From the NCBI GenBank assembly GCA_039591655.1, contig JBDHDE010000026.1, forward strand, positions 1 to 36,365: 36,365 nucleotides of DNA, given 5' to 3'. The stretch is from Gemmatimonadota bacterium (GTDB taxonomy: Bacteria; Gemmatimonadota; Gemmatimonadetes; Gemmatimonadales; GWC2-71-9). How positions within the stretch are numbered: position 1 is the first letter of the stretch; every line of letters starts with the position of its first letter. The notes beneath the pieces were generated by a model. That model saw nothing but the letters and a program-made list of their open reading frames with translations, was not told the origin of the DNA and did not search any database. The translations under genes and the position numbers were made by a program. Positions 1-10,822 of the stretch are shown in pieces.

Positions 1-111
1 ATGACGATCGAATTGATCACGCCGATCGCGATGGAGGATGGTCTGCGGTTCGCGATTCGCGAGGGCGGCCGCACCGTCGGTGCCGGCGTCGTCACCAAGA
101 TCATCGAGTAA
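1..111 (+). CDS. tuf: Elongation factor Tu, 3' fragment (gene starts before window)
   Basis: Frame 1 reads [36 protein letters not shown], the canonical EF-Tu C-terminus; lies directly upstream of rpsJ. Confidence 0.97.
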   Translation: MTIELITPIAMEDGLRFAIREGGRTVGAGVVTKIIE

Positions 112-131
112 CGGACGGCTGAGGCAATCTC

Positions 132-440
132 ATGGCTGGGCAGATTCGTATCCGACTCAAGGCGTTCGACCACGTCGTGCTCGATCAGGCGGCGGCTGAC
201 ATCGTGCGCACCGTCGAGAAATCCGGCGCGTCGGTCTCAGGGCCGATTCCGCTGCCGACCAAGACGCAGCGCTGGACGGTGTTGCGCAGTCCCCACGTCG
301 ACAAGAAGAGTCGTGAGCAGTTCGAACTGAAGACGCACAAGCGCCTGATCGAGATCCTGGATTCGCGTGCGCAGACGGTGGATGCGCTCACGAAGTTGGA
401 TCTGCCTGCGGGCGTCGACGTCGAGATCAAGGTCGAGTAG
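132..440 (+). CDS. rpsJ: 30S ribosomal protein S10
   Basis: [31 protein letters not shown] motifs. Confidence 0.98.
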   Translation: MAGQIRIRLKAFDHVVLDQAAADIVRTVEKSGASVSGPIPLPTKTQRWTVLRSPHVDKKSREQFELKTHKRLIEILDSRAQTVDALTKLDLPAGVDVEIKVE

Positions 441-442
441 CG

Positions 443-1087
443 ATGAATGGACTGATCGGCCGCAAGCTCGGGATGACGCGGGTCTACAGTGATGAGGGCC
501 ACGCGGTCCCCGTCACCGTGATCGAGGCCGGGCCATGCCCCGTCGTGCAGGTACGGGGGGCCGGCGACCAGTCGGCTGCCGTGCAACTCGGCTTCGGCAT
601 GCGCAAGGCGAAGCGCACCAGCAAGGCGCTGGCTGGACATGCGACGAAGGCGGGCTTGGAGACTGCCCCCCGGGTCCTCAAGGAGTTCCGTCTGGCCCAG
701 GGCGCCGAGAGCGCGCCGAAGCCCGGCGACGTCGTCACGGTAGAGATCTTCCAGCCCGGTGACACGATCAAGGTCACCGGCACGACGAAGGGTCGGGGTT
801 TCCAGGGCGTGGTGAAGCGGCACGGTTTCAGCGGCGGTCCCGGATCGCACGGCAGTACCAGGCACCGCAAGCCGGGCAGCATGGGTCCCGGTACCGACCC
901 GTCCCGGGTCATCAAGGGCAAGAAGCTCCCGGGCCACATGGGCGCGGAGCGCAAGACGGAGCTGGGGCTCCAGGTCGTGCGGGTGGATACGGAGCGGAAT
1001 CTCCTCTTCGTCCGCGGCGCCGTCCCGGGTCCGACACGCGGCATCGTGGAGGTGCGGAAACAGGGAGGCCGTAGCCGGTATGCTTGA
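443..1087 (+). CDS. rplC: 50S ribosomal protein L3
   Basis: [21 protein letters not shown] motifs; S10 operon order. Confidence 0.98.
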   Translation: MNGLIGRKLGMTRVYSDEGHAVPVTVIEAGPCPVVQVRGAGDQSAAVQLGFGMRKAKRTSKALAGHATKAGLETAPRVLKEFRLAQGAESAPKPGDVVTVEIFQPGDTIKVTGTTKGRGFQGVVKRHGFSGGPGSHGSTRHRKPGSMGPGTDPSRVIKGKKLPGHMGAERKTELGLQVVRVDTERNLLFVRGAVPGPTRGIVEVRKQGGRSRYA

Positions 1088-1871
1088 GGCACAGCTCTAC
1101 ACCGCGGCGGCCAAGCAGAAGGGAAGCTACGCGCTGCCCGATGAGTTCGACGGCACGGTGAACCGTTCCGTGTTGTACCATGCGGTTCGCGCCATCCGCA
1201 ACAACCAACGGCAGGGCACGGCCTCCACGAAGACCCGCAGTGAGGTCGCCGGCGGCGGTCGCAAGCCCTATCGCCAGAAGGGCACCGGCCGGGCGCGCCA
1301 GGGGACGATCCGCGCGCCGCACTATCCGGGCGGTGGTGTGGCGTTCGGCCCCAAGCCGCGCAGCTATCGGACCGACCTCACCCGCAAGGTGAAGCGCCTA
1401 GCGCGGCAGTCGGCCCTCAACGCGAGGGCCAAGGAGAAGCGCATCGTCGTGATAGAGGCGCTGGAGTTCGAAGCGCCGAAGACCCGGCAGATGGCCGAAC
1501 TCCTCGGGAACCTCGGCCTGGACGACCAGAAGGTCCTGCTGCTGACCGCGGACAGCCGGCCGGAGGTGTACCTGTCGGGCCGGAACCTGCCGGGAGTGCA
1601 GGTCATGCGGTATTTGGACGCGTCCGCCTTGGACGTGATCTGGTCCGACATGGTGGTGGTCGAGCAGGGCGCGATCGGTGGTCATGCCATCAAGGGGACG
1701 GGCGCCAAGAAGACCGCCGGCCGGGCCGCCCGCGCCAAGCGGGCGTCGGAGAGCGGCGGCAGCAAGAAGAAGGCGGCCGGGCGTGCCATGGCCAAGAAGC
1801 GAGCGACGACCAAGAAGAAGACGACCAGGTCGTCCAAGAAGACGACGAAGACGAGCAAGAAGAAGGGATAA
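1080..1871 (+). CDS. rplD: 50S ribosomal protein L4 with Lys-rich C-terminal extension
   Basis: [25 protein letters not shown] motif; 263 aa including a 59-aa basic tail. Confidence 0.97.
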   Translation: MLEAQLYTAAAKQKGSYALPDEFDGTVNRSVLYHAVRAIRNNQRQGTASTKTRSEVAGGGRKPYRQKGTGRARQGTIRAPHYPGGGVAFGPKPRSYRTDLTRKVKRLARQSALNARAKEKRIVVIEALEFEAPKTRQMAELLGNLGLDDQKVLLLTADSRPEVYLSGRNLPGVQVMRYLDASALDVIWSDMVVVEQGAIGGHAIKGTGAKKTAGRAARAKRASESGGSKKKAAGRAMAKKRATTKKKTTRSSKKTTKTSKKKG

Positions 1872-1876
1872 GCACC

Positions 1877-2164
1877 GTGCTTGATCGCTACCGCGCCGTC
1901 GTGAGACCGGTGGTCACGGAGAAGTCATCCGCGCTGTACGCGGAGCGGCAGGAGTACACGTTCGAAACGGATCTGCACGCGACGAAGTACCAGATACGCG
2001 ACGCCATCGAGTCGTTGTTCGAAGTCAAGGTGACGAAGGTTCGCACCCTCGTGCAGCCGGCCAAGCGCCGCACGCGTGGCCGCAGTGAGGGCCGGCGGCC
2101 GCGGTGGAAGAAGGCATTCGTGCAGCTGAGGGAAGGCGACTCGATCGAGATCTTCGAGGGCTGA
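1877..2164 (+). CDS. rplW: 50S ribosomal protein L23
   Basis: PVVTEKS and WKKAFVQL motifs; GTG start. Confidence 0.96.
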   Translation: MLDRYRAVVRPVVTEKSSALYAERQEYTFETDLHATKYQIRDAIESLFEVKVTKVRTLVQPAKRRTRGRSEGRRPRWKKAFVQLREGDSIEIFEG

Positions 2165-2167
2165 TTC

Positions 2168-3007
2168 ATGGGGATTCGACAGTTCCGACCGATGACCCCG
2201 GGGACGCGGTTCCGCTCGGTGTCCGACTTTGCGGAAGTAACGCGAACGGAACCCGAGAAGTCGCTCGTCGAGCCGCTCAAGAAGCGGGGTGGCCGCAACA
2301 ACAAGGGCCACCAGACGGCACGGCGACGCGGCGGCGGCCACAAGCGCCGCTATCGGCGAATCGACTTCAAGCGGAATAAGCTCGGCGTGCCGGCGCGCGT
2401 GTCGCACATCGAGTACGATCCGAACCGCAGCGCGAACATCGCCTTGGTTACGTACGCGGACGGCGAGAAGCGCTACATCCTGCATCCACGCGGACTCCGT
2501 GTGGGTGACACGGTCACCTCCGGGCCCGGAAGCGACATCCGTACGGGCAACGCCCTCCCGCTGGGCGATATCCCGTTGGGCACGACCGTGCACTGCATTG
2601 AGCTGAAGCGGGGCAAGGGCGGCCAAATGTGCCGCTCGGCGGGCACGGGCGCGCAGCTCATGGCGAAGGAAGGTGTGCACGTCGCGCTGAAGCTGCGCAG
2701 CGGCGAAGTGCGGATGGTGCGCCGGGAGTGCATGGCCACCGTCGGAGAGGTGGGCAACGCCGAGCACGAGCTGCTCAGCCTGGGCAAGGCCGGGAAGTCT
2801 CGCTGGTTGGGGTGGCGTCCCAAGGTACGCGGGGTCGCCATGAATCCGGTGGACCACCCGCTGGGCGGCGGCGAGGGCAAGGCCTCCGGCGGCCGGCCGC
2901 CGGTCTCGCCGTGGGGGAAGGCCGAGGGCAAGAAGACTCGCAATAAGAAGAAGCACAGCACCAAGCTCGTCCTGCGCGGTCGCAAGCGCGGGAAGGCCAC
3001 GCAGTAG
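2168..3007 (+). CDS. rplB: 50S ribosomal protein L2
   Basis: [30 protein letters not shown] motifs. Confidence 0.98.
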   Translation: MGIRQFRPMTPGTRFRSVSDFAEVTRTEPEKSLVEPLKKRGGRNNKGHQTARRRGGGHKRRYRRIDFKRNKLGVPARVSHIEYDPNRSANIALVTYADGEKRYILHPRGLRVGDTVTSGPGSDIRTGNALPLGDIPLGTTVHCIELKRGKGGQMCRSAGTGAQLMAKEGVHVALKLRSGEVRMVRRECMATVGEVGNAEHELLSLGKAGKSRWLGWRPKVRGVAMNPVDHPLGGGEGKASGGRPPVSPWGKAEGKKTRNKKKHSTKLVLRGRKRGKATQ

Positions 3008-3025
3008 GACGGGAACGGAAAGGCT

Positions 3026-3316
3026 ATGGCCAGAAGCGTAAAGAAGGGACCGTTCGTCGCGGAATCGCTGCTCTTGAGGATTCACGCGCTCAACGAGGCC
3101 GGCGACAAGCGCGTGATCAAGACGTGGTCCCGCGCCTCGACGATCACGCCGGATTTCGTGGGGCACACGATCGCGGTCCACAACGGGAATAAGTTCATCC
3201 CGGTGTACATCACCGAGAACATGGTGGGGCACCGGTTGGGCGAGTTCGCGCCGACGCGCCTCTTCCGCGGCCACAGTGGTAGGCTGGCCGCGGACAAGAA
3301 GGCGGGGCCGGCGTAG
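3026..3316 (+). CDS. rpsS: 30S ribosomal protein S19
   Basis: [26 protein letters not shown] motifs. Confidence 0.98.
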   Translation: MARSVKKGPFVAESLLLRIHALNEAGDKRVIKTWSRASTITPDFVGHTIAVHNGNKFIPVYITENMVGHRLGEFAPTRLFRGHSGRLAADKKAGPA

Positions 3317-3329
3317 GGGAGGACGGAGC

Positions 3330-3686
3330 ATGGCAGGCAGGGCGCTCCAGCGCTGGGTACGTCAGTCGCCTCGGAAGATGCGGTTGGTGATGGACACCAT
3401 CCGCGGCCGGGACGTGAACGAGGCGTACGCGCTGCTGAAGTTCTCCAAGAAAGGTGCGGCACAGCAGATCGAGAAGGTGCTGCGCTCGGCCGTCGCTAAC
3501 GCGGAGCAGGACGCGCTCCGCAACAACGAGGCCTTCGACGTAGACCGGCTCTTCGTGGAGTACGCGATCATCAACGAGGGGCCCACGCTCTGGCGGTACC
3601 GAGCTGCGGCCCTGGGGCGGGCGGCGCCGATCCGGAAGCGGACCAGCCACGTCGAGATTCGCGTCCGGGCGAAGGAGGAAGAGTAG
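3330..3686 (+). CDS. rplV: 50S ribosomal protein L22
   Basis: [22 protein letters not shown] motifs; start moved to ATG 3330 behind GGAG Shine-Dalgarno. Confidence 0.96.
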   Translation: MAGRALQRWVRQSPRKMRLVMDTIRGRDVNEAYALLKFSKKGAAQQIEKVLRSAVANAEQDALRNNEAFDVDRLFVEYAIINEGPTLWRYRAAALGRAAPIRKRTSHVEIRVRAKEEE

Positions 3687-4345
3687 TGGGGCAGAAAACC
3701 CATCCATACGGATTTCGACTCGGCATCGTCAAGCCGTGGCGCTCTCGCTGGTTCGCCAGCAACGACTTTCCGGAGTTGCTCAGGGAGGATGAGCTGATCC
3801 GGAGGTACCTGGGAAGCCGTCTCGGGCACGCAGCGGTGGCCGACGTCCACATCGAGCGCAAGCCGGGCAAGGTCACGGTCACCGTATTCACCGGTCGGCC
3901 CGGCGTGGTCATCGGTAAGCGGGGCGCGGAGGTGGACAAGCTGCGGGACGAGTTGGCACAGCTGACCGGGAACGAGGTCGGTATCAACGTCGAGGAGATC
4001 AAGCGGCCCGAGCTGGATGCACAGCTCGTGGCGGACAATGTGGCCCACCAGCTCCGGCAGCGCGTTTCATTCCGCCGGGCTATGAAGCGCGTACTGCAGA
4101 ACGCGATGCGGATGGGGGCCCAAGGTATCAAGGTGAAGACGGCCGGTCGCCTCGGCGGCGCCGAGATCGCGCGCACGGAGGGTTACCACGAGGGTCGCGT
4201 CCCGCTCCACACCCTGCGGGCCGATGTCGACTATGGGATGTCTACGGCGAAGACCACCTACGGAACGATCGGTGTGAAAGTCTGGATCTTCAAGGGCGAA
4301 GTGGTCGAGGACGGCCGCGGACGTACCTACAGTACGGGAGCGTAG
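3686..4345 (+). CDS. rpsC: 30S ribosomal protein S3
   Basis: [34 protein letters not shown] motifs. Confidence 0.98.
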   Translation: MGQKTHPYGFRLGIVKPWRSRWFASNDFPELLREDELIRRYLGSRLGHAAVADVHIERKPGKVTVTVFTGRPGVVIGKRGAEVDKLRDELAQLTGNEVGINVEEIKRPELDAQLVADNVAHQLRQRVSFRRAMKRVLQNAMRMGAQGIKVKTAGRLGGAEIARTEGYHEGRVPLHTLRADVDYGMSTAKTTYGTIGVKVWIFKGEVVEDGRGRTYSTGA

Positions 4346-4348
4346 CCG

Positions 4349-4762
4349 ATGCTGGCGCCGAAGCGAGTCAAGTACCGCAAGCAGATGAAGGGTCGCACGA
4401 GGGGGCACGCGACCCGGGGCCACACCGTGGCGTTCGGGCAGTTCGGGCTGATGACCCTGGATCCCGGTTGGGTCAGTAGCCGCCAGATCGAGGCGGCCCG
4501 CGTGGCGATGACCCGAGAGATGAAGCGTGGCGGGAAGATCTGGATCCGCATTTTTCCGGACAAACCGATCACGAAGAAGCCGGCGGAGACCAGAATGGGG
4601 AAGGGGAAGGGCAACCCCGAGGCCTGGGTGGCCGTGGTCAGGCCGGGTCGCATCATGTTCGAGATCGAGGGTGTGACCGAGAAGACGGCGCGGCGGGCGC
4701 TCGAGCTCGCCGCGGCGAAGCTGCCGGTGAACACCCGCTTCGTGACGCGCGAGGGGAGCTGA
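4349..4762 (+). CDS. rplP: 50S ribosomal protein L16
   Basis: [16 protein letters not shown] motifs. Confidence 0.98.
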   Translation: MLAPKRVKYRKQMKGRTRGHATRGHTVAFGQFGLMTLDPGWVSSRQIEAARVAMTREMKRGGKIWIRIFPDKPITKKPAETRMGKGKGNPEAWVAVVRPGRIMFEIEGVTEKTARRALELAAAKLPVNTRFVTREGS

Positions 4763-4766
4763 AGCC

Positions 4767-4988
4767 ATGGCGCTGAAAGACGCTGAGCAGAAGCCGATCA
4801 AGCCGGCGCAGCTCCAGGACATCAGCACCGAGGACCTCGAGGCCGAGCTGGAGCGTCTGAGGGAGACGCGCTTCCGCCTGAAGTTCAGATCGGCGACCGA
4901 GGCGATCGATAACCCGATGCAGTTCAGGATTCTGCGGCGCAACATCGCGCGGCTCGAGACGACGCTGCGGGAGAGGAAGCGAGCATGA
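4767..4988 (+). CDS. rpmC: 50S ribosomal protein L29
   Basis: [10 protein letters not shown] motif; position between rplP and rpsQ. Confidence 0.94.
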   Translation: MALKDAEQKPIKPAQLQDISTEDLEAELERLRETRFRLKFRSATEAIDNPMQFRILRRNIARLETTLRERKRA

Positions 4989-5251
4989 GCCAGGACACGC
5001 AGGCGCGTCCCCGGCGCAAGGTGCGCACGGGCACCGTCGTAAGCGACAAGATGGCCAAGACGGTCATCGTGCAGCTGACGCGGCGGTTCGCCCATCCACT
5101 GTATGGGAAGGGCATGACGCGCACGAGGAAGGTAAAGGCGCACGATGAGCAGGGCGCGCGTGCGGGCGACACGGTGCGCATCATGGAGACCCGACCGGTT
5201 TCGAAGACCAAGCGCTGGCGCGTCGTCGAGATCGTGAGCCGAGCTGAGTAA
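4985..5251 (+). CDS. rpsQ: 30S ribosomal protein S17
   Basis: [28 protein letters not shown] motifs. Confidence 0.97.
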   Translation: MSQDTQARPRRKVRTGTVVSDKMAKTVIVQLTRRFAHPLYGKGMTRTRKVKAHDEQGARAGDTVRIMETRPVSKTKRWRVVEIVSRAE

Positions 5252-5262
5252 GAGAGGGCGTC

Positions 5263-5631
5263 GTGATTCAGCAGGAATCCATCGTCAAGATCGCGGACAA
5301 CTCCGGCGCCCGGCGCGCCCTCGTCATCCGTGTGCTGGGTGGCAGTAGGCGCCGGTACGCGCGCGTGGGGGACATCGTGGTAGTGGCGATCAAGGACGCC
5401 TTGCCAGCCGGGCAGGTGAAGAAAGGTGACGTCACCAAGGCCGTGGTGGTCCGGACTGCGAAGGAAACGCGCCGCCGCGATGGCAGCTATATCCGCTTCG
5501 ACGAAAACGCGGCGGTGTTGATCAACGATGCCGGAGAGCCGCGGGCGACCAGGATCTTCGGTCCGGTGGGACGCGAGCTGCGGGAGAAGCGGTTCATGAA
5601 GATCGTTTCGCTCGCGCCGGAGGTGTTGTAG
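5263..5631 (+). CDS. rplN: 50S ribosomal protein L14
   Basis: [32 protein letters not shown] motifs. Confidence 0.98.
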   Translation: MIQQESIVKIADNSGARRALVIRVLGGSRRRYARVGDIVVVAIKDALPAGQVKKGDVTKAVVVRTAKETRRRDGSYIRFDENAAVLINDAGEPRATRIFGPVGRELREKRFMKIVSLAPEVL

Positions 5632-6015
5632 ATGAAGCCGCTGGTCTACAAGAAGTCGAGACGCAAGCGTGGCACGAAGCCGCCGCGGCAGAAGATGCAC
5701 ATCACCAAGGGCGACCGAGTAAGGGTCGTCCGCGGTGAGGATCGCGGCACCGAGGGCACCGTCATTCGGGTCCTGCCGAAGCAGAGTCGGATCGTGGTGG
5801 ACGGCGTGAACGTCGTCACGAAGCACCGTCGGGCCACGCAGGCTGGTGAGGAGGGCGGCATCATCAAGTTCCCGGCGCCGATTCACACGTCGAACGTGAT
5901 GCTGCTGGATCCCAAGTCGGGAGAGCCGACCCGCGTGAGACGGAAGAAGGACAAGGACGGAACTGTGGAGCGGCTAGGCGTGAAGTCCGGCCAGCCGATC
6001 CCGAGGAGCCGGTAA
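5632..6015 (+). CDS. rplX: 50S ribosomal protein L24 with basic N-terminal extension
   Basis: KOW motif [21 protein letters not shown]. Confidence 0.95.
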   Translation: MKPLVYKKSRRKRGTKPPRQKMHITKGDRVRVVRGEDRGTEGTVIRVLPKQSRIVVDGVNVVTKHRRATQAGEEGGIIKFPAPIHTSNVMLLDPKSGEPTRVRRKKDKDGTVERLGVKSGQPIPRSR

Positions 6016-6019
6016 GCTG

Positions 6020-6637
6020 ATGGCGAAGTCGAAGTCTAAGTCGGAGCAGGAGACTGCACAGGCGCCGCCCGCGCCGGCGCCGCGGCTGCGGCAGCACTAC
6101 CGCGAGCGGGTGTGCCCCAAGCTCAAGCAGGAGTTCGGGTTCGAGAACCCGCACGAGTTGCCGAAGCTGGTGAAGATCGTCGTCAACGTCGGACTGGGCG
6201 AGGGGCCCAAGAACCCCAAGGTGCTCGACGCGGTGGTCGAGGAGCTGGGGGCGATCACGGGGCAGCGCCCGGTGGTGACGCGGGCTAAGAAGGCGATTTC
6301 GAACTTTTCGCTGCGGGCGGGCATGCCCATCGGGGTGCGCGTCACGCTGCGGGGAGCGCAGATGTACGAGTTCCTCGATCGGTTCATCAACGTAGCCGTG
6401 CCGCGGGTTCGTGACTTCCGCGGGTTCACCACGCGCTCGTTCGACGGCCGCGGGAACTTCACCCTGGGTATCAAGGAGCAGATGGTCTTTCCCGAGATCG
6501 ACTACGACAAGGTGGAGAAGATCCACGGGATGGACATCACGTTCGTCACCTCCGCCGGGCGCGACGATCTCGGACTGGCTCTGCTCCGTGAAATGGGCAT
6601 GCCTTTCCGGGGCGAGACCCCGGTGCTGGTCGGATAA
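6020..6637 (+). CDS. rplE: 50S ribosomal protein L5
   Basis: [29 protein letters not shown] motifs. Confidence 0.98.
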   Translation: MAKSKSKSEQETAQAPPAPAPRLRQHYRERVCPKLKQEFGFENPHELPKLVKIVVNVGLGEGPKNPKVLDAVVEELGAITGQRPVVTRAKKAISNFSLRAGMPIGVRVTLRGAQMYEFLDRFINVAVPRVRDFRGFTTRSFDGRGNFTLGIKEQMVFPEIDYDKVEKIHGMDITFVTSAGRDDLGLALLREMGMPFRGETPVLVG

Positions 6638-6652
6638 GGGGGGCGCTGTCGA

Positions 6653-6838
6653 ATGGCGAAGAAGTGCCTGATCGAGAAGGCGAAGCGGAAGCCGAAGTTC
6701 AAGGTGCGAGGCTACCACCGCTGCCAGCGGTGTGGGCGGGGGCGGGCCTTCATCAGAAAGTTCGGTATCTGTCGGATCTGCTTCAGAGAAATGGCGCTCC
6801 GGGGTGAGATCCCCGGAGTGCGGAAGGCGAGTTGGTGA
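6653..6838 (+). CDS. rpsZ: 30S ribosomal protein S14, short zinc-binding (type Z) form
   Basis: 61 aa with CQRC and CRIC zinc ribbon, ends GVRKASW. Confidence 0.95.
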   Translation: MAKKCLIEKAKRKPKFKVRGYHRCQRCGRGRAFIRKFGICRICFREMALRGEIPGVRKASW

Positions 6839-6839
6839 G

Positions 6840-7229
6840 ATGACTGACCCTGTCGCCGATATGCTGACCCGCATCCGGAACGCCTGCCAGGTGGGACACC
6901 GGAGGGTCGACATACCGGTCTCGAAGTTCAAGGTTGAGATCGCACGTCTACTGCGGGAGAACCGCTACATCCAGGACTACGCCGTGCTCGACGACGGGCG
7001 GCACGGTGTGCTGCGGGTCTACCTCAAGTACCATGGGGACGCGCCGGTGATCCACGAGCTTCAGCGTGTCTCGACGCCCGGGCTCCGCCGCTACGTGCGT
7101 GCCCGTGAGATCCCGCGAGTGAAGAACGGCCTCGGCATGGCGATCCTGTCCACCCCTCGCGGCGTCATGAGTGACCGGGATGCTCGGCGCGCGCGGGTGG
7201 GCGGTGAGCTCCTCGCGGTGCTCTGGTAG
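6840..7229 (+). CDS. rpsH: 30S ribosomal protein S8
   Basis: MTDPVADMLTRIRNA, STPRGVM, GGELL motifs; start set at ATG 6840. Confidence 0.97.
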   Translation: MTDPVADMLTRIRNACQVGHRRVDIPVSKFKVEIARLLRENRYIQDYAVLDDGRHGVLRVYLKYHGDAPVIHELQRVSTPGLRRYVRAREIPRVKNGLGMAILSTPRGVMSDRDARRARVGGELLAVLW

Positions 7230-7238
7230 GGGGAAACG

Positions 7239-7781
7239 ATGTCACGCATCGGCAGGAAACCCGTGACGGTGCCTAACGGTGTGACGGTGGCGCTCGACGG
7301 CCGCACGGTCACGGTGAAGGGGCCCAAGGGCGAGCTCAAGCGGGCCATGCCACCCGAGATGCAACTCAAGGTCGAGGACGGAGCGGTAACGGTGGAGCGC
7401 CCCTCCGACGCCGGCCGGCACCGGGCACTGCATGGTCTCACCCGGAGCCTGGTCAACAACATGGTGGAAGGCGTGACCAACGGATTTGCGCGGCAGCTGG
7501 AGATCGTGGGGGTGGGCTATAAGGCGGAAACGCGCCCCGAGGGCGTGCGGCTGGTGGTGGGTTACTCGCACCCGGTCGAGTACGATGCGCCCGATGGGAT
7601 CAAGATCTCGGTCGAGAAGCCGACTCTGGTCAAGGTCGAGGGGATCGACAAGGAGTTGGTCGGACAAGTAGCAGCCGAGCTGCGCTCGGTCCGCCCGCCG
7701 GAGCCCTATAAAGGGAAGGGGATCCGCTACCAGGGCGAGCACGTGCGCCGCAAGGCTGGCAAGACCGGAGGCAAGACATGA
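7239..7781 (+). CDS. rplF: 50S ribosomal protein L6
   Basis: [19 protein letters not shown] motifs. Confidence 0.98.
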   Translation: MSRIGRKPVTVPNGVTVALDGRTVTVKGPKGELKRAMPPEMQLKVEDGAVTVERPSDAGRHRALHGLTRSLVNNMVEGVTNGFARQLEIVGVGYKAETRPEGVRLVVGYSHPVEYDAPDGIKISVEKPTLVKVEGIDKELVGQVAAELRSVRPPEPYKGKGIRYQGEHVRRKAGKTGGKT

Positions 7782-8149
7782 GGTCGGTGCACAGGCCGAA
7801 GACGCGCGCGCAGCGCAGGCACCGCCGGCACCTGCGTGTCCGCAAGCAGGTTAGCGGGTCCGCAGAGCGGCCACGGTTGGTGGTGTACCGCTCGCTCCGT
7901 TACATCTACGCACAGCTCGTTGATGACGCTCGTGGCGTGACGCTCGCCGCGGCGAGCGATAAGATCAAGGGCTTCGCGCCGGAGAAGAAGGGCAAGGTCG
8001 GCGCCGCGTTCCAAGTTGGGAAGCTATTGGCCCAACGCGCTGGCGATCTCGGTATCAAGCGCGTCGTGTTCGACCGCGGTGGGTACCCGTATCACGGACG
8101 GGTCAGGGCCGTGGCCGAGGGCGCGCGCGACGGCGGATTGGAGTTCTGA
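7778..8149 (+). CDS. rplR: 50S ribosomal protein L18
   Basis: [22 protein letters not shown] motifs. Confidence 0.98.
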   Translation: MRSVHRPKTRAQRRHRRHLRVRKQVSGSAERPRLVVYRSLRYIYAQLVDDARGVTLAAASDKIKGFAPEKKGKVGAAFQVGKLLAQRAGDLGIKRVVFDRGGYPYHGRVRAVAEGARDGGLEF

Positions 8150-8153
8150 CGTT

Positions 8154-8708
8154 ATGGCGCATCAGGGAAGGGATCGTGGTCCGCGCCGCGATCGCGATCG
8201 CGAATCGGATCTGATCGAGAATGTGATCAACATCAACCGCGTGGCCAAGGTGGTGAAGGGCGGTCGGCGGTTCTCGTTCAACGCCCTGGCGGCCGTGGGC
8301 GACGGCAACGGCAAAGTCGGAGTCGGTACGGGCAAGGCGAACGAAGTATCCGAGGCGGTGCGCAAGGCGGTGGAGAACGCCCGACGCGGTATGCGGGCGA
8401 TCCCCCGTGAAGGGACGACGATCCCCCACGAGATTGTGGGTGCGCACGGCGCTGGACGGGTGCTTCTCAAGCCGGCGACCGCAGGAACGGGCATCATTGC
8501 CGGAGGGCCGGTTCGCTCCGTGCTGGAGTGCGTCGGCATCACCGACATCCTCACCAAGTCGCTCGGGTCGGCGAACCCCCTCAACATGGTCTGGGCGACC
8601 ATGGACGGACTGACGCAGCTGCTCACAGTGAGCGACGTGGCACGGCAGCGCGGGGCGGATCCCGCGGAGATCGACTACCGGCCGCGGCAGGAGGTGGTCG
8701 ATGGTTAA
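8154..8708 (+). CDS. rpsE: 30S ribosomal protein S5
   Basis: [22 protein letters not shown] motifs; start set at ATG 8154. Confidence 0.97.
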   Translation: MAHQGRDRGPRRDRDRESDLIENVININRVAKVVKGGRRFSFNALAAVGDGNGKVGVGTGKANEVSEAVRKAVENARRGMRAIPREGTTIPHEIVGAHGAGRVLLKPATAGTGIIAGGPVRSVLECVGITDILTKSLGSANPLNMVWATMDGLTQLLTVSDVARQRGADPAEIDYRPRQEVVDG

Positions 8709-9021
8709 GAAGACCGCGGGCACGAGCAAGCGGAAGACCACCGCCAAGAAGAAGACGACGAAGACCACCGCCAAGAAGCGGGCCACGAAGAAGGCCACGA
8801 AGTCCGCGAGCGAGGCGAGCCAGGCTTCGCCGCAGGGAACGCGGCTGCGGGTGCGCCAGACCAGGTCCGGCATCGGACACCCGGGGACCTACCGGCGCAC
8901 GCTACGAGCGTTGGGGCTCAAGCACCATCAGGATGAGGTGGTGCTGCCCGACAACCCATCGGTCCGGGGCATGGTCCGCCAGGTCGGGCACCTGATCCGC
9001 GTGACTCCCGAGGAGGCGTGA
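8701..9021 (+). CDS. rpmD: 50S ribosomal protein L30 with Lys/Thr-rich N-terminal extension
   Basis: C-terminal ~60 aa ([11 protein letters not shown]...TLRALGL...[12 protein letters not shown]) is L30; position between rpsE and rplO. Confidence 0.94.
   Translation: MVKKTAGTSKRKTTAKKKTTKTTAKKRATKKATKSASEASQASPQGTRLRVRQTRSGIGHPGTYRRTLRALGLKHHQDEVVLPDNPSVRGMVRQVGHLIRVTPEEA
8733..8778 (+). repeat. 19-bp direct repeat GAAGACCACCGCCAAGAAG, two copies with 27-bp period, encoding KTTAKK
   Basis: Exact copies at 8733-8751 and 8760-8778 within the rpmD extension. Confidence 0.85.
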
Positions 9022-9473
9022 TGGCCAAGAACGAGAAGCTCGGGCTGCACAACCTGCCAGCGCCGGCGGGTGCCAAGAAGGCGCCCAAGCGCAAGGGACG
9101 TGGACCGGGCTCGGGCCTCGGTAAGACCGCCGGCCGCGGTCACAAGGGTCAGCGTTCCCGGGCCAGCGGCAACGTGCGACCGGGCTTCGAGGGCGGGCAG
9201 ATGCCACTCACGCGCCGTGTGCCGAAGCGCGGTTTCACGAATCCCTTCCGGGTGCCGGCGCAGGTGGTGAACCTGCGGGATCTCGAGAAGCTGCCGGATC
9301 CGACGGTGACGCCGGCCGTGCTGGTTGAGCGCGGCCTCGTGAGCCGGGCGGCCGGGCCGATCAAGATCCTGGGAATGGGCGAAGCGTCGCGCGCATATGT
9401 GGTCAAGGGCTGTGCGGCCTCCCAGACCGCGCGCGACAAGATCGAGCAAGCGGGCGGGCGGATCGAGGACTGA
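9021..9473 (+). CDS. rplO: 50S ribosomal protein L15
   Basis: GRGPGSGLGKTAGRGHKGQ, GFEGGQMPL motifs; ATG 9021 preferred over GTG 9018 by AGGAGG spacing. Confidence 0.97.
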   Translation: MAKNEKLGLHNLPAPAGAKKAPKRKGRGPGSGLGKTAGRGHKGQRSRASGNVRPGFEGGQMPLTRRVPKRGFTNPFRVPAQVVNLRDLEKLPDPTVTPAVLVERGLVSRAAGPIKILGMGEASRAYVVKGCAASQTARDKIEQAGGRIED

Positions 9474-9477
9474 GCGG

Positions 9478-10791
9478 ATGGCCGTACCCCGCATACCAAA
9501 CCTGTTTGCCGTACCGGAGCTCAAGGAGAAGCTCCTCTTCACGCTCCTCTGCCTGGCGGTCTACCGGGCCGGTGCGCATATCGCTACGCCGGGCGTGGAT
9601 GTCCAGGTGCTCGCGGATTTCATCCGCAACCAGGGGGCCGGCACCTTCTTCGGAATGTACGACATGTTCGTGGGTGGGGGGCTGTCTCGAGCGACGGTCC
9701 TGGCCCTCGGCATCATGCCGTACATCTCCGCGTCGATCATGTTCCAGCTGGCCGGCGCGGTGTTCCCCTACATCGACAAGCTCCAGAAGGAAGAGGAGGG
9801 GCGGAAGAAGATCACTCAGTGGACGCGGTATGCCACGGTGATCCTGTCGCTGTTCCAGGCGTACGGGTTTGCGATCTTCGCGGAGCAACAGGGCGCGGTG
9901 CCCGAGCCCGGCGTCGGGTTCCGGGCGGTGACCATGATCACGCTCACGTGCGGTGCCGTGTTCATCATGTGGCTCGGTGAGCGGATCACCGAGCGTGGCA
10001 TCGGGAACGGCATGAGCCTCATGATCTTCTTCTCGATCATGGAAGGCTTCCTCCCGGGGACGGCGCTGACGGTGCAGTTCGTGCAGACGCGGGTGCTGTC
10101 GCCGCAAGGACTGATCGTGCTGGTGCTCGTGATGCTCGCCGTCGTGGCGGGCGTCGTCGCGGTGACTGTCGCGGCGCGGCGGATCCCGATTCAGATCCCG
10201 CGCAAGGTGATGGGACGGGGGCGCATTCGAGAGGGGCAGAAGACGTTCATTCCCATCCGCATCAATTCGGCAGGCGTGATGCCGATCATCTTCGCCCAGG
10301 CCATCATCGTGGTGCCTGGAACGATCGCCATGTTCAGCAACGTTCCATGGATGCGGATTCTGTCGGACTCATTCCGGCCCGGCTCCACCGTCTATTACAT
10401 CAGCTACGGGTTGCTGATCATCTTCTTCTCGTACTTCTACACGTCCATCATCTTCAATCCGCTCGACATCGCCGAGAATCTGAAGAAGCAGGGCGGGTTC
10501 ATTCCAGGTGTGAAGCCCGGTGGACCTACGGCGGACTACGTCGATGAAACCCTCACACGGGTGACGCTGCCGGGTTCGTTGTTCCTCACGTTCATCGCCT
10601 TGTTGCCGTTCTTCATATTCGACACGTTCAACGTGCCGTTCACGTTCGGCGGGACGGCACTGCTGATCGTCGTCGGTGTGGCCCTCGATACGTGGATCCA
10701 GGTGCAGCAGCACCTGCATCTGCGGCACTACGACGACTTCATGAAGCAGGGGCGGGTGAAGTTCCGGGGCCGCCGCGGCCGGTTCATGTGA
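9478..10791 (+). CDS. secY: Preprotein translocase subunit SecY
   Basis: ALGIMPYISASI, WLGERITERGIGNGMSL, GVMPIIFA, GGTALLIVVGV; about 10 TM segments. Confidence 0.98.
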   Translation: MAVPRIPNLFAVPELKEKLLFTLLCLAVYRAGAHIATPGVDVQVLADFIRNQGAGTFFGMYDMFVGGGLSRATVLALGIMPYISASIMFQLAGAVFPYIDKLQKEEEGRKKITQWTRYATVILSLFQAYGFAIFAEQQGAVPEPGVGFRAVTMITLTCGAVFIMWLGERITERGIGNGMSLMIFFSIMEGFLPGTALTVQFVQTRVLSPQGLIVLVLVMLAVVAGVVAVTVAARRIPIQIPRKVMGRGRIREGQKTFIPIRINSAGVMPIIFAQAIIVVPGTIAMFSNVPWMRILSDSFRPGSTVYYISYGLLIIFFSYFYTSIIFNPLDIAENLKKQGGFIPGVKPGGPTADYVDETLTRVTLPGSLFLTFIALLPFFIFDTFNVPFTFGGTALLIVVGVALDTWIQVQQHLHLRHYDDFMKQGRVKFRGRRGRFM

Positions 10792-10822
10792 GCCAGGTGA
10801 GCGATCCAAGAGGCGCAAGCCG

